A stretch of 64,000 bases of DNA from Macrostomum hystrix (taxonomy: Eukaryota; Animalia; Platyhelminthes): contig CATNEN010000039.1 of the NCBI GenBank assembly GCA_950097015.1, positions 16,368,001 to 16,432,000 on the forward strand, read 5' to 3'. Below are positions 34,109 to 45,780 of the stretch, piece after piece. Position 1 is the first letter of the stretch, and every line of letters begins with the position of its first letter. The position numbers and the translations under genes are program-made. The notes below the pieces were generated by a model. That model was not told where the DNA came from. It was given only the letters and a program-made list of their open reading frames with translations, and made no database searches.

Positions 34109-35235
34109 TTATTGTTAATACGAGCCTATCATCCAGATAAACTCACTCAGATCATGCCGAAAATCTCTACTTGATAATCTCTTCTTGGCAATCTCATTTA
34201 GAAAATCTCTCGTTGATAGTCTCAGCCAGATAATCTTTACTTGACAATGACACCCAAATAATATCGTTCTGAAAATATAAGCATCTGTTATTCCTCGAGA
34301 ATACCAAACTAAGGAAATTTACTATTGAAAGCTGCTTACAGCAGATAATATTTAATATTTTTATGCGAGATAATATTATCCTCTAAAAAATCCACTATTC
34401 ATATTTTTACACCTCGAGACTCGAACGTTTAAAGTAGAGCTTTGGATGCAACCTTACAAAAATGAATTAAAAAACACATTTGTTTTTCGAAAGCGAACTT
34501 TCAAGTGTGCAAGGCGCTTTTCCGCTGCACACATGTGCACGCTTGTACTCGCACACATGCTAGCAGAAGTGAGTGCTATAGACTTTAAAAATAGAAAACT
34601 TCAAAGCCGGGGATTTACCGCGGTTCAACCCAGGTTTGGCCTTGGAAACGCCGCTCTGGTTTAAATATGAAACTTTTTTAAACCTGTTTATTAGTGCTGA
34701 AATTTTGAAATTTGAAATTATACTAGAAGAATTCACGTGGCGTCGTGAAGTAATCCTTGGCTTGGTCGTCGTCGAAAGAAAGTTTCGAGTAAGAATCTAA
34801 ATCAGCTTGTCAAACGAGCTTTAGACTAGGGCAAATATATTTTCAGGGAAACAGCTTTTTGTTGTTGAAGTAAGATCCAATTTAAATAAGATAGACAATG
34901 AACTACAATATTTTACTTAGGCCAAAAAGAAGTAAAAATCATTACTTGTTTACATTTTCAATGCATAAGCAGACTAAGCATATACGCGAGTCCATAATAC
35001 TCATAAAAATTAATAATTAATAATTTAACTGAAGTAATGCATTGTGTCTTGCTCCCCGAATCCCCGACCTTCAACCACAAAGCTACCCTTCCTGCTACTC
35101 TAAGTGCACCCAATCAGCGCCGTACATTAGAAAGCTCAGCGTGTCAAATAGATGTTTCTAAAATTAGCCACTTGACAGACTACAAAAGCGTGAAGGGGGG
35201 CCTGCACCCGTTTATTTCCAGGACGCACAAGCCTG

Positions 35236-36290
35236 ATGATGGCCCACGCCAACGACGAAAGCCTTGCAAATGGGCAGCCTCACGACTCCATGCATCATTC
35301 TCTGGAGCTTACCAGTGACAGACACGAAGAAAACTGGCAGCAATGGGCTGCTGAACCTGTCAGGCAGTACAGGCCAGCTCAAACAAGCTCATCTAGTGCC
35401 GAAGCAACCCTGACAGTGCGGCCAGACCAGCTAGGTCTCCTGACAGATAAGCAAGCCTGCATGTTGGATAAATTAATGCACAACTGCAGTGATATTGAGC
35501 GCTGCATTCTGCTTGGCTGCTTGTTGCACATCTACACACGGACCAGGAACGTTTTCTTGGCTATGAGAGTCGTCTCCGATCGTTTGGAGACTCGCCTGAC
35601 GAAGCGTACGCTCTTCGATGGGCGCAGAGCGGATTCTACAGCGAGGGCTTTCGCCGAGTCGTCTGCTGCCACTGCGGTATGCAGTACGTCCATCCGAGGT
35701 CCGAAAATGAAGTTGATCGCAAGAAGTGTCCCAGCCAGAGTGATGAATCGCATAGTTGCGCGCTCTCTTGGCTTCTGAACTTTATCGACAATGACGGAGA
35801 TGTGAAAGGGGCGTCAAAAGCTGAGCTTTTGAAAAGCTGAGTAGGACGAGTTGAGGCAGCACTGGGAAGCCAGGCTGTGCAACTCGCCGATTCGTTCAGA
35901 TACTCGAGAGGATTGGATCTGGCAGTGCTCATCGCAGCGTGTGACCAAGCTCCTACTCACCCGAGGGCTGGCGAGCTCATTCAGTTGAGGACAAACGCTC
36001 CTGAGAACAGTTCAACGGAATTTCTTTGGCTGGAAGCCAAGCCGGCAGGACTGATGGACAAGAACGAGCAAGCCTCAGCAAGCTCAGTTGATGGAGGACA
36101 ACTACAGCGGGCTTCGGCAAGCAGTAATGAAAGCGACCTGTGTCAAATGTGCTCCTGCAGGCGAAGGGATCGAATAACTCTACCCTGCGCACACCTGAAT
36201 TAGTTCTGTCATGTCTGCTTGAGTAAAGCTTGCGAGTGCCCCGCTTGCCACTCCGTAATTTTAGGCATGCTCGTTGCAAATATAAGCTAG
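35236..36290 (+). pseudogene. Intronless IAP-like pseudogene (BIR-UBA-like-RING)
   Basis: After CILLGCLLHIY...VFL a frameshift (about 35560) gives YESRLRSFGDSPDEAYALRWAQSGFYS...CCHCG; in-frame TGA at 35838; AVQLADSFRYS...AGELIQL; RING CQMC...LPCAHLN*FCHVC...CPAC with in-frame TAG at 36201. Confidence 0.8.
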
Positions 36291-36779
36291 TTGATCCCCA
36301 AAGATGCAACATTTACTGGTCATCAAAATAAATTGACACAAAAGCGAGTTATTTGCTTTCTCGTTTCATCGTATCTATCCATTCATTTACTCAAATGACT
36401 CGTTTTGGTGCACATTTTAGTGCAGTGCTCAAATAAATGTTAATATAAAATAATGTACAATCACGTCAACTGGCCTCTACAGATGGCTGTTTAAATGAGC
36501 CTTTAGACTCGACAAGACTGGGTAGAATAGTACAGCACTAGCGAGGAGAATACGAGAATTAAACATTTTTTGCTTTCCTGTAAGCTAAGAAGGACCTTAA
36601 AATGTTGTCAGTGTGTTAAAAATGTACTTGTACAGTATAGGCTAATGTACATTCATACCATTGCTCATGCCACTCCAGTGTTCATGAGCATTCGTTGAAA
36701 AATAAATTGTAATAAAACTTGTTCAAATTCTTATACTCGTAGCTTTATGATTTCGAATTGATATGCTGATTAAATTAGC

Positions 36780-37001
36780 TTAATTCATTCGGTCGCTCTC
36801 CACTTCGCCTTCAGTTGGATGATATTCCACTTTACACTTGGTGACTCTGGCAGGAGTACAATATATAGCAGTATGGTCATTCTTATATTTAGAAAATGAT
36901 ACTCTTGTATTTCTCGACCAGATACATTTAATACAATCAGCCAGCTGGATGCCTCCAAGTGCAAGAAACACGCCAACAATAACCAGCTTGATAGCCGTCA
37001 T
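36780..37001 (-). pseudogene. Inverted exon 1 of the LU-like gene with mutated splice donor
   Basis: Signal peptide + IKCIWSRN...C...C; donor GTGAGC changed to GAGAGC, so it reads into an intron stop; homology covers about 36740-37245 including the 5' flank. Confidence 0.75.
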
Positions 37002-37245
37002 GATTTCCAGCTTCGATTCCGAATAGCCCAGTTAGATTTGGTCGATTAGCTGGCAGGTGGCAGTTGAACTGCAGTCAATTCTTGATCCGATTTGCAACGG
37101 CTGAGTAGAATCGGCCAGAATGCTTAGTCGAGTGTTGTCAGTTGTTGGATTTGATTCTTCGCTTCGGGCCGCTGCCTTTTCAAAATGCTGCAGAATATGC
37201 AGGTCCGAGCCGGCTCGGTCTATGGCAGCGCTGGCTCACACAGGG

Positions 37246-38460
37246 GCCTCTCGTGCAGACTGTGAGGTCGTCAGCGTATTGAGTCAGCTGGATCTGGCCA
37301 GGAGGAGCCGGGATGTCGCTCATGTAGTAGGCAAAGAGGAGCGCGGACAGAACCCCTCCCTGAGGCACGCCCGCTCTGAGACGCCTGGCCGAGGAGAGCG
37401 AGCCGCGGAAGAGGACTCTCGTGCTCCGACCGCACAGGTACGCACTGAGCCACCTGGTGAGGCATTTCGGCAGGCTGGAGTTGAAGAGCATCCGGAGGAG
37501 CTTGGCGTGATTGACTTTGTCGAACGCTTTTTGCATATCGAGTGCGATGAGCAGAGTCCTCTCAGCAGGTTTAGGTTGGTTAAGGCCATTGCTGATGGAG
37601 CTGGTGAGGCTGGTGAGGGCGGTGGCGGTGGAGTGCCCCGCGCGGAAGCCATGCTGCCAGGTGGGGAGCGGGAGTGCGCTCTGAAAGGTGGACAGCAGGC
37701 ACTTTTCCAGCAATTTGGCGGCTGGAGAAAGGATCGAGATTGGCCTGTAGGAGGAGCTGCAGGTAGCATCTTTGTTCCTTTGAGAAGAGGCACTACCTTC
37801 GCAGATGTCCAGGTGCTAGGAACGATATACTGGTGGTAGGGCTCAGATTGAATAGGCAGCAGAGGAAGGCAATTCCCCTTGGTCCAAGATGCTTCAGGAC
37901 GATTGGGGAAAGGCCATCCGGTCCGGTGGCTTTGGACGGCGAAGAGCTTTTGATGGCCGACGTGACGTCACTTGGACGTGAGCAGGAAGCCATTGGTGGG
38001 GGAAAGCATGTCCCTTTTGAGGCGTCTGTCTTCCGGGGTGGCCGGATGAATTTGATCAAAGAACTGCCTGTTGGAGGCCTTGGCAATGCGTTTGGGATCA
38101 GTTAAGGGAAGCTCGTCAAAAAGGATGCCAGCGGAGTTTTCTTTGTGGCCTTTACCGCTGAGGTTCTTGATGGTTCGCCACAGTTCAGAGACCTGGTGCT
38201 TGATGCTGAACTGCTCAAGCTTTTCCCTCCAGTTCGCCCGGCGAAAGTTGGAGCAGATCTGGTTGATTTCGTCTTGAATGATGGTGATAGCTTCCGTGCG
38301 GGTTATCCGTGCGAATGAGGTCTCTTTGCTTGCAGAGGGTGTCGGCTTCCGGCGGGAAGTGGGGACGAAAATTTCCCAGCTAGGATGTGGTGCTTAGCTG
38401 CTTGAAGGACAGCTTGCCTGAAGGCTTTCTCTCCAGGATGAGGATGCGATTTGGGATCTA
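37246..38460 (-). mobile_element. Non-LTR retrotransposon (LINE) ORF2/RT fragment, truncated just after YADD
   Basis: KATGPDGL; SYRPISIL; QHGFRAGHST; LDMQKAFDKVNH; GVPQGGVLSALLF; QYADDL; frameshifted. Confidence 0.92.
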
Positions 38461-39071
38461 AGGTCTGTCGAATGAGATATAGGATCTCGGATGTAGGATC
38501 AGCGGCATCCCATATTGGATGTATTTTCTGGGATATGGGATCTGTGGCACAGGATGCGGGATCTGAGGTGCGGAGAAATCTGAGAAAGAACGATTTGATG
38601 TGACTGAAGAAAAGTCACTAGCTTTCGTTAACCTGGCTCTGTCTAAAAGTCTGTCAAATATGGGCCCATGGGAAACATTCATTCGATGCTTGTAAAGTGC
38701 AATACTTCTTTGTTAGAGAGAAACTCCAACAAGCTAGAAAGATTTCTAATAGTACAACACAAAAGTTCATCTCAGAAAAGTAATGCATAAAAAACGCAAA
38801 GTAGAGCTGAAATTTGCCATAGACAAAAGGCGGGCACCCCTGTGTCAGCCAGCGCTGCCATAGACCGAGCCGGCTCGGACCTGTACTTTCTGCAGCATAT
38901 TGAAGGGGCAGCGGCCCGAAACGAAGAATCAAATCCAACAACTGACAACACTCGACTAAGCATTCTGGCCGATTCTACTCAGCCGTTGCAAACCTGATCA
39001 GCAATTCAACTGCCACCTGCCAGCTAATCGACCAAATCTAACTGGGCTATTCGGAATCGAAGCTGGCAATC

Positions 39072-39930
39072 ATGACGACTGTGAAGCTGGTTATTGTTGG
39101 CGTGTTTCTTGCACTTGGAGGCATCCAGCTGGCTGATTGTATTAAATGTATCTGGTCGAGAAATAGAGGAGTAACATTTTACGAATATAAGAATGACGAT
39201 ACTGATATATATTGTACTCCTGCCAGCGTCACCAAGTGTTACGTGGAATATCAACCTAAAGGTCCAACTCATTTATTTTTTCATCCCGAAGTGGTGAGCA
39301 ACCGAATGAATTAAACTAATTTAATTTGCATATCAATTCGAAATCATAAAGCAACAGTTCGCCCTATAAATTTTACCCTATGCGGAAACTTTTTAGGAAC
39401 TGAAATATGGTTGCGGCGCCTGTCCTGCTGCAAACTATTGCAAAGACTGCACGGGTCATAAATGCAATAAAGCGAGTGCATTAAACTTGATCAATGATCT
39501 AGAACGTGATCTGGTACCATGCCTTCACTACGTTAAATCGCTGCCGAATGACAATGATCCTGATCAAAGCGAAAAAGTGCAAGGTCCAACTGAAAATTTT
39601 TGCCCTCCATCAGAAAAGTGCTTTAAAATTGTTGCTAAGAGGTCTGTACCACGAATGCATTTTAAAACCATCATCGGCTGTGAAAAACGGCTTCAATACA
39701 TACACGAAAAAGTATTGAGAAAGGAACATTTAATGCTTGAACGATACGAATGCAGACCAAACGCCGAAAAATCAGATTGTATCCCATTGTACACTCCGCC
39801 TGCAACCCCGACTACAACCCCGACTGCTGTGGATGCTTCGCACCAAAATTTGCTGTTCGTATCCGTAGTGCTCGGCTGCACGACGCTGCTAACGATGCTG
39901 CTTGCACAGTTTATTTGGTTTTGTTGTTGA
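39072..39930 (+). CDS. Ly6/uPAR-like protein, copy B, with Thr/Pro stalk and C-terminal hydrophobic segment (GPI signal or TM); exons 39072-39293 and 39397-39930
   Basis: Signal peptide; phase-0 intron; CTGHKCN; second Cys domain; YTPPATPTTTPTAVDASHQNLLFVSVVLGCTTLLTMLLAQFIWFCC*. Confidence 0.78.
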
Positions 39931-40149
39931 TTTTTATATCTTTTCTTTTGAATCTTATTTTCATGTTTTGTGTACTGAATGCACTGAAAGCTCTGCCTGA
40001 AAATGTGCTGAAAAATCAAGGCGCTAAAAGTCTCCTCTCAATAACAAAAACTGACCGATTTCCGTTGCAAATCCCAAGCATGCCAGGCTTGTCATATTTT
40101 ATGACAAAATATACATATATATCTGTTCCGAATTATTTTTATATATATA

Positions 40150-40410
40150 TGAGAACACTAATCTGAGATTGCTCAGGTGAGATTAAGAACACTCAGATCA
40201 AAGACTGATCAGGTGAGATTGAGAACACTCAAATCAAAGACTGATCAGGTGAGATTGAGAACACTCAAATCAAAGACTGATCAGGTGAGATTGAGAACAC
40301 TCAAATCAAAGACTGATCAGGTGAGATTGAGAACACTCAAATCAAAGACTGATCAGGTGAGATTGAGAACACTCAAATCAAAGACTCATAAGGTGAGATG
40401 GAGAATCACA
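40150..40410. repeat. 36-bp minisatellite (GATCAGGTGAGATTGAGAACACTCAAATCAAAGACT)n, about 6-7 copies
   Basis: Visible. Confidence 0.93.
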
Positions 40411-40999
40411 TAATAGAATATGAAAAATGAAATTTAAGTTTCAATAAAATTTAAATTTAAGTCGGCTTACTTAAAAAACAGAGGTCTGACCACTGATTGT
40501 ATCCCAGTTATTAGTGAAATTAGTCTCATCTAAGCTGATTCTGCGACCATTCTGCAAAGTCTCTCTTATTACGCTTACCGTTTTTTTCTATGTCAGCTTA
40601 TTTCACTTGTCTCGCTAGTAAATTAATGAGGTCTTAAAAAGCTCGCTGCTTATTTAATGTTTAACTTAACAGACTCCTTCAGCTTTGCTACACTCTAATA
40701 TTTTTAACACTAACAAATTATTCAAATGCACAAAGCCAGACACAATAGCTAATCGACGATTTTTTACGCAAACCATCCCGTATTAATTTTGCGGCGCAAC
40801 TAATGTTTTCTGCATGCGTTTTAACTTTAATAGAGCTATCTTTTAGTTGCACAGAGTACAACAATAAAATAGAATGAAAAATCATTTTTGGTTTTAGTAA
40901 ATTTCACTAGCAAATTTTGCCCCCCTACAGGGAGCAGAAATATTTTTAATTCGTCTAGTATATACTTTTTAGCTGCTGTATTTTCAGTTTTTTAAGCTA

Positions 41000-41238
41000 T
41001 AATGATCCCCCAGTTGACAATGATCCCCCAGTTGACAATGATCCCCCAGTTGACAATGATCCCCCAGTTGACAATGATCCCCTAGTTGACGATGATCCCC
41101 CAGTTGACAATGATCCCCCAGTTGACAATGATCCCCCAGTTGACAATGATCCCCCAGTTGACAATGATCCCCCAGTTGATGATGATCCCCCAGTTGACAA
41201 TGATCCCCCAGTTGATGATGATCCCCCAGTTGACAATG
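41000..41238. repeat. 18-bp minisatellite (second array)
   Basis: Same unit as 31258-31528. Confidence 0.95.
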
Positions 41239-41392
41239 TTCTCCAGCTGCTTTTGTATAAAATTGAGAAGAACAATTTAATTAAATGAATATTAGGCAAA
41301 ATTATTATCATACAAACATATATCATTATGACGTTATAAGATAACAAAATCAAAATGTAGACAATTCAGATCAATGACAAAAGAAAAATAGA

Positions 41393-41721
41393 TTTAAATT
41401 CTGGTTGGCTATGATTGAAACTCTGGTTTAGCCATGATTCAAACGCTGGTTTAGCCATGATTCAAACTTGGGTTTAGGCATGATTCAAACTTGGGTTTAG
41501 CCATGATTCAAACTTGGGATTAGCCATGATTCAAACTCTGGTTTAGGCATGATTCAAACTCTGGTTGGCCATGCTTCAAACTCTGGTTTAGCCATGATTC
41601 AAACGCTGGTTTAGCCATGATTCAAACGCTGGTTGGCTATGATTCAAACTCTGGTTGGCTATGATTGGTTGGCTATGATTCAAACTCTGGTTGGCTATGA
41701 TTCAAACTCTGGTTAGCTATG
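41393..41721. repeat. 22-bp minisatellite (second array), followed by a short DIRS RT remnant to about 41810
   Basis: Same unit and the same junction GCTATGATGATAGGTAGC as at 31856. Confidence 0.9.
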
Positions 41722-41811
41722 ATGATAGGTAGCCGCTTTGGACTGCCCGAAACGGAACTTAATTCCCGTCTGACTGAAATCGTCGGGGTGAATACCTTAG
41801 GCGCGGTACGC

Positions 41812-42353
41812 ATAATGAGCCAGGCGGCTGCCAAGGGCTGGGCGCGGCTTGCCCAGAGCCGGTCCGCGAGCTGCGCGACCACCCGCGGGTCTTTAAAATC
41901 GGCGGAGACCAGTGCCATAGGGATGTCGGCTGACAGTTTCTTGTGGAACAGCTCCTCGAAGAGCATGCATGGCCGATGATCGCCGAGCAGGGCCAGCATC
42001 TCGTCCATGAGTTCGGACGGGCGGCGGTCACCAAGGCCGGCCAGGTTGAGCAGCCGGCTGGCCCGCTGCTGCTGTGTCAGGCCGAAAGTGCCAAGAAGCC
42101 GGTCCTTGAGCATGCCGTACTTGCTTTCCGTGGGCGGATTCTCCAGCACGTCCAGCAGACGCTCGCCCGATGGATGATCGACACTTCGAGGTGGCAGTGC
42201 CTGGTGTCGTCCTGTGAAATGCCACAGAGAGTGAATTGTGCCTCCGCCTGGATAAACCAGGCGCGGGGCTGGCTGACCCAAAACGTGGGCAGCTTGAGTG
42301 CTACTACAGACTCAGTAATCTCAAACTATCGGTTTGAGAGTCGGGCTCACCAA
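41812..42353 (-). mobile_element. Gypsy-type gag fragment with primer-binding-site-like start
   Basis: ALKLPTFWVSQPRAWFIQAEAQF...KYGMLKDRLL...QQRASRLL...LGDRRPSELMDEM...AQLADRLW; minus strand ...GCACA-T-TGGTGAGCCCGAC resembles an LTR end plus PBS. Confidence 0.8.
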
Positions 42354-42624
42354 TGTGCCGATCGCAGCCACGTAATGTTTATTTTTATTTGACGGAGAAC
42401 AGGTTACCCGGTGGGACATTACTATACGCCCCCTCTGTATGCCCCACCTAGCGCCCCGAGCCGCGCGCCAGTCGCCCGGGCGTATAGCATGTCCGCGCGC
42501 CCTTTTGGTCGCACCGCCGGCGGGGGGCGCAGGGTAAATAAAATTCGGCGTAATTTCCTCAGTCTACTGTTAGTAGGCTGTGCTGTACTTTTTGTGCTAT
42601 AACTGAACGCCGTAAAAAGCCTAG

Positions 42625-42835
42625 CAGCAGCTCCGCTCCTGCCCAGCAGCTCAGCTCCTGCCCAGCAGCTCCGCTCCTGCCCAGCAGCTCCGCTCCTGCC
42701 CAGCAGCTCCGCTCCTGCCCAGCAGCTCAGCTCCTGCCCAGCAGCTCCGCTCCTGCCCAGCAGCTCCGCTCCTGCCCAGCAGCTCCGCTCCTGCCCAGCA
42801 GCTCCGCTCCTGCCCAGCAGCTCAGCTCCTGCCCA
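42625..42835. repeat. 19-bp minisatellite (CAGCAGCTCCGCTCCTGCC)n, about 11 copies
   Basis: Visible. Confidence 0.95.
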
Positions 42836-43269
42836 TGTACTTTTTATACGTATGTTTCATTCTGTGATAGGCATGCTTTATGTATTAAGCGGCAGTCACT
42901 TTTTAAATAAAAAGTATTGAACATGCTCATGTTAATTTTCGATTCGTCACCGCTAAATAAATGGTTTACGAATACGTCCATTCTAGTCTCATTAAATCCT
43001 TTTGACGCAGCTAAAGGTACAAATTTATTATCAAGTTCAAAGCGAATATGCATAAGAAACATGTTATAAAGCACATTCAGAAAGTGAAAAGCCATGATTG
43101 AAAAGAAGAGTAACGGAAGTACAGACATTATTTATATTGCAATGTTTTAGAGTGTCATCATGCAAAGACAGTACGGTATAAGTTTTTATTTTATGTAACT
43201 ACAATTAGCACGAAAATTATTCCACATTTTGTCCCCGTCATGCCAGCTCTGCCAATCGTCCCTGTCAAG

Positions 43270-43641
43270 CCACCTGCGCGCCAGTCAGTCGTCCCTGCCA
43301 TGCCACCTGCGCCAGTCGTCCCTGCCATGCCACCTGCGCCAGTCGTCCCTGCCATGCCACCTGCGCCAGTCGTCCCTGCCATGCCACCTGCGCCAGTCGT
43401 CCCTGCCATGCCACCTGCGCCAGTCGTCCCTGCCATGCCACCTGCGCCAGTCGTCCCTGCCATGCCACCTGCGCCAGTCGTCCCTGCCATGCCACCTGCG
43501 CCAGTCGTCCCTGCCATGCCACCTGCGCCAGTCGTCCCTGCCATGCCACCTGCGCCAGTCGTCCCTGACATGCCACCTGCACCAGTCGTCCCTGCCATGC
43601 CACCTGCGCCAGTCGTCCCTGCCATGCCACCTGCGCCAGTC
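43270..43641. repeat. 27-bp minisatellite (GCCAGTCGTCCCTGCCATGCCACCTGC)n, about 13-14 copies
   Basis: Visible; open in several frames. Confidence 0.95.
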
Positions 43642-43799
43642 TGCATTAGCTTGAGGACAAAAGCGTAGGCTGGGAGGCTCCAGAGAGTCATCCAGGTATA
43701 CCTAAAGTAGTCAATTTTAGAAAATATCTTTTAGAGACAAAATTAAAACGGATTGTTGGCCAGACTGACTAGACTGACATGGATATTTCTACGGGGTTT

Positions 43800-43925
43800 T
43801 TGTAGGGGTTGAAGCCTGCAGGTCGGGGTTGATTCCAGACTTTACTGGTTCAATTTGTGTCCTTTAGCAAGACACTTGACAGCTCTATATTGCTTCATTT
43901 TACCCAGCTGTAAAATGGTGACCAA
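43800..43925 (+). mobile_element. CORE-like SINE remnant
   Basis: TTGTGTCCTTTAGCAAGACACTTGAC...TGCTTCATTTTACCCAGCTGTAAAATGG, similar to 27410-27470. Confidence 0.55.
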
Positions 43926-44621
43926 CTTTGGCTGGGGTTAATAAAGTTAGGCGCGGCGTGCTGCTGCTACCCAGATACTTTTGTCTGTCTATAAATATAC
44001 ATCTCTACATGTGGCATATATCGTAAATCAAAAATGTGCTTTCCATCTCAGCTGGAGGACTTCAGCTGCGTAGACTCTGCCTGCATATTTGGCCGTGCAG
44101 CGCCACCTCTCTTCACTGTCTCTTGACAGTGACAACTCAGGTACTGTTAGATTTTTCAACTCACATGGACGTTCAACTAATTCGCTCGCCTTCACTTCGA
44201 CAACCTGCCTGTCCTCTTCAAATAAAACTAGGAACTTCATGACTGCAGAAAGTACTTCAAAATTTTGAAATTTTTAGAACGACAGGAGGTTAGGGGAGCG
44301 TGAAGATACGCTAAAGCTTTAGTTATATGTCAGATCAAACTGCACGGCCTAGACAGTCGGAAGACATCGCGCGCCCATTGGTTAGTTTTGAAAAATCCTC
44401 TAACCCACTAACCGATAGCTATCAATTGTGCCATTTATGCCGACTATGGAAAATGGAGTCAGTTTGTTTTGGGGAAATCTTTGTATTGTAGCTATTGAAA
44501 GTGCGTTGAAAGTGAAAGACTAAGACTACGACTAATACTAAGACTGAGACTGAGACTAAGACTGAGACTAGGACTAAGACTAAGATTAAAGACAGTACAG
44601 AAAGTAATAAACATTTACAGC

Positions 44622-45780
44622 ATGTCCTCTAGGAATGTTAGAAGACTGACAAGCAGGAGTTTGATGGCCGTGTTTAGAGAAGAAGAGAGGCCCAGAAGTG
44701 TCCAGATTGGAGGGCAGTCGGCTAGTCAAGGCGATGGAGACTGAAGAAGATTTTAGTAGGGTAGAATTTGACGACTTCTACCTTCTACTATTACTATAAC
44801 AGGAAAGTTTTGTCTTCCTGTTACCTTCTGCCACAGCAACAGAGAGATAAACGCTCCACGGGCCAGAGGCCCGTTTCTGTGTGGACTCCGGAGTCACATG
44901 AAAAGCGGCAGCGAAGCTCTGCCTCTCGCTTCCAGTGTATTTAAATTCAAGCAGCGCGCACAACAGAGGCAGAATGGGGAGAGAGGGAGAAACGCTGGGA
45001 GATTGCTAACACAGGGGCAGCTGTTTCTTTGTCCCACACGCACACGCTCCCCAGCGAACGCTTGCCGAACTTCTTCCTCACATTCCTGGGCCGTATCGAT
45101 CCACGGACGCCTCGTCGTGTACGCGAATCATGTGAGCCATGCAAATACAATGTTCTGAAGCGTATTTGCAAGGCTTACAATTACTGCTATTCCACGGAAA
45201 GGCATGCTAATCTATCGGATTCAGCGAAAAGCTGCATCGAGGTATTCGTCGAACAGATGTCAACAATGAACAGATTTGGCCAACAATGAATTAGCTACAA
45301 CATTCATGCACTTCTTCATCTCGACCAGTTTGTTAGAAGGCTAGGTAACTTACATAATTTCAGTACATTTCCATTCGAAAGCTATCTGGGAGCCATCAAG
45401 AGAAGGGTCAAAGTGGACCAGGCATGTCGCTGCTCATTCAGTTTGTCAAGCACTACAAGTACGAAATATGTACCCCAGCCAGCCAGCAGAAACAACTATA
45501 GAATTCAGCACGAAGAAGGGTGACAATTGCTGCTTCGTTGGGACGACATGCATTCATATTGATGAAGTTAAACCGGATGGCACAGTAAGTGGCAGAGTGC
45601 TCCAGGAATTCGACAGTCCCTACAACTATCCTTTCGACTCCCTGGCACTTGGGATTGGAGTTTACCGCTTAACATCCGAAATCGCAACTGGCCGTCCGGA
45701 GCAAAAATGTTGGCTGCTTCCGAAAGCTCTTACAGTGGCCCAAAATGACGACTTTTTTGCGTGATTCCGCTAACGGGACA
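44622..45780 (+). mobile_element. Decayed EnSpm/CACTA (CMC)-type transposase
   Basis: About 45290-45410 reads ISYNIHALLHLDQFVRRLGNLHNFSTFPFESYLGAIKRR, the CMC motif YN.H.L.HL...V...G.L..+S.FPFE..L..+K; stops, frameshifts and deletions; outer limits approximate. Confidence 0.7.

Larger units (their letters stand above)
32385..39452 (+). repeat. Segmental duplication, copy 1 (near-identical to 57092-64000+)
   Basis: Identical or near-identical ORF sets at offset 24708 (32987/57695) and 24548 (35236/59784, 39072/63620). Confidence 0.95.

Noticed and set aside
35838-36203. Programmed readthrough or selenocysteine at in-frame TGA/TAG in the IAP-like copy
   Set aside because: Two different stops plus a frameshift are more simply explained by pseudogenisation; other genes use the standard code
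37180-37713. Active or domesticated RT fused to the LU locus (retron- or DGR-like diversifier)
   Set aside because: Ordinary LINE RT, frameshifted upstream and cut right after YADD; no template/variable repeat pair; the fusion looks like a deletion junction
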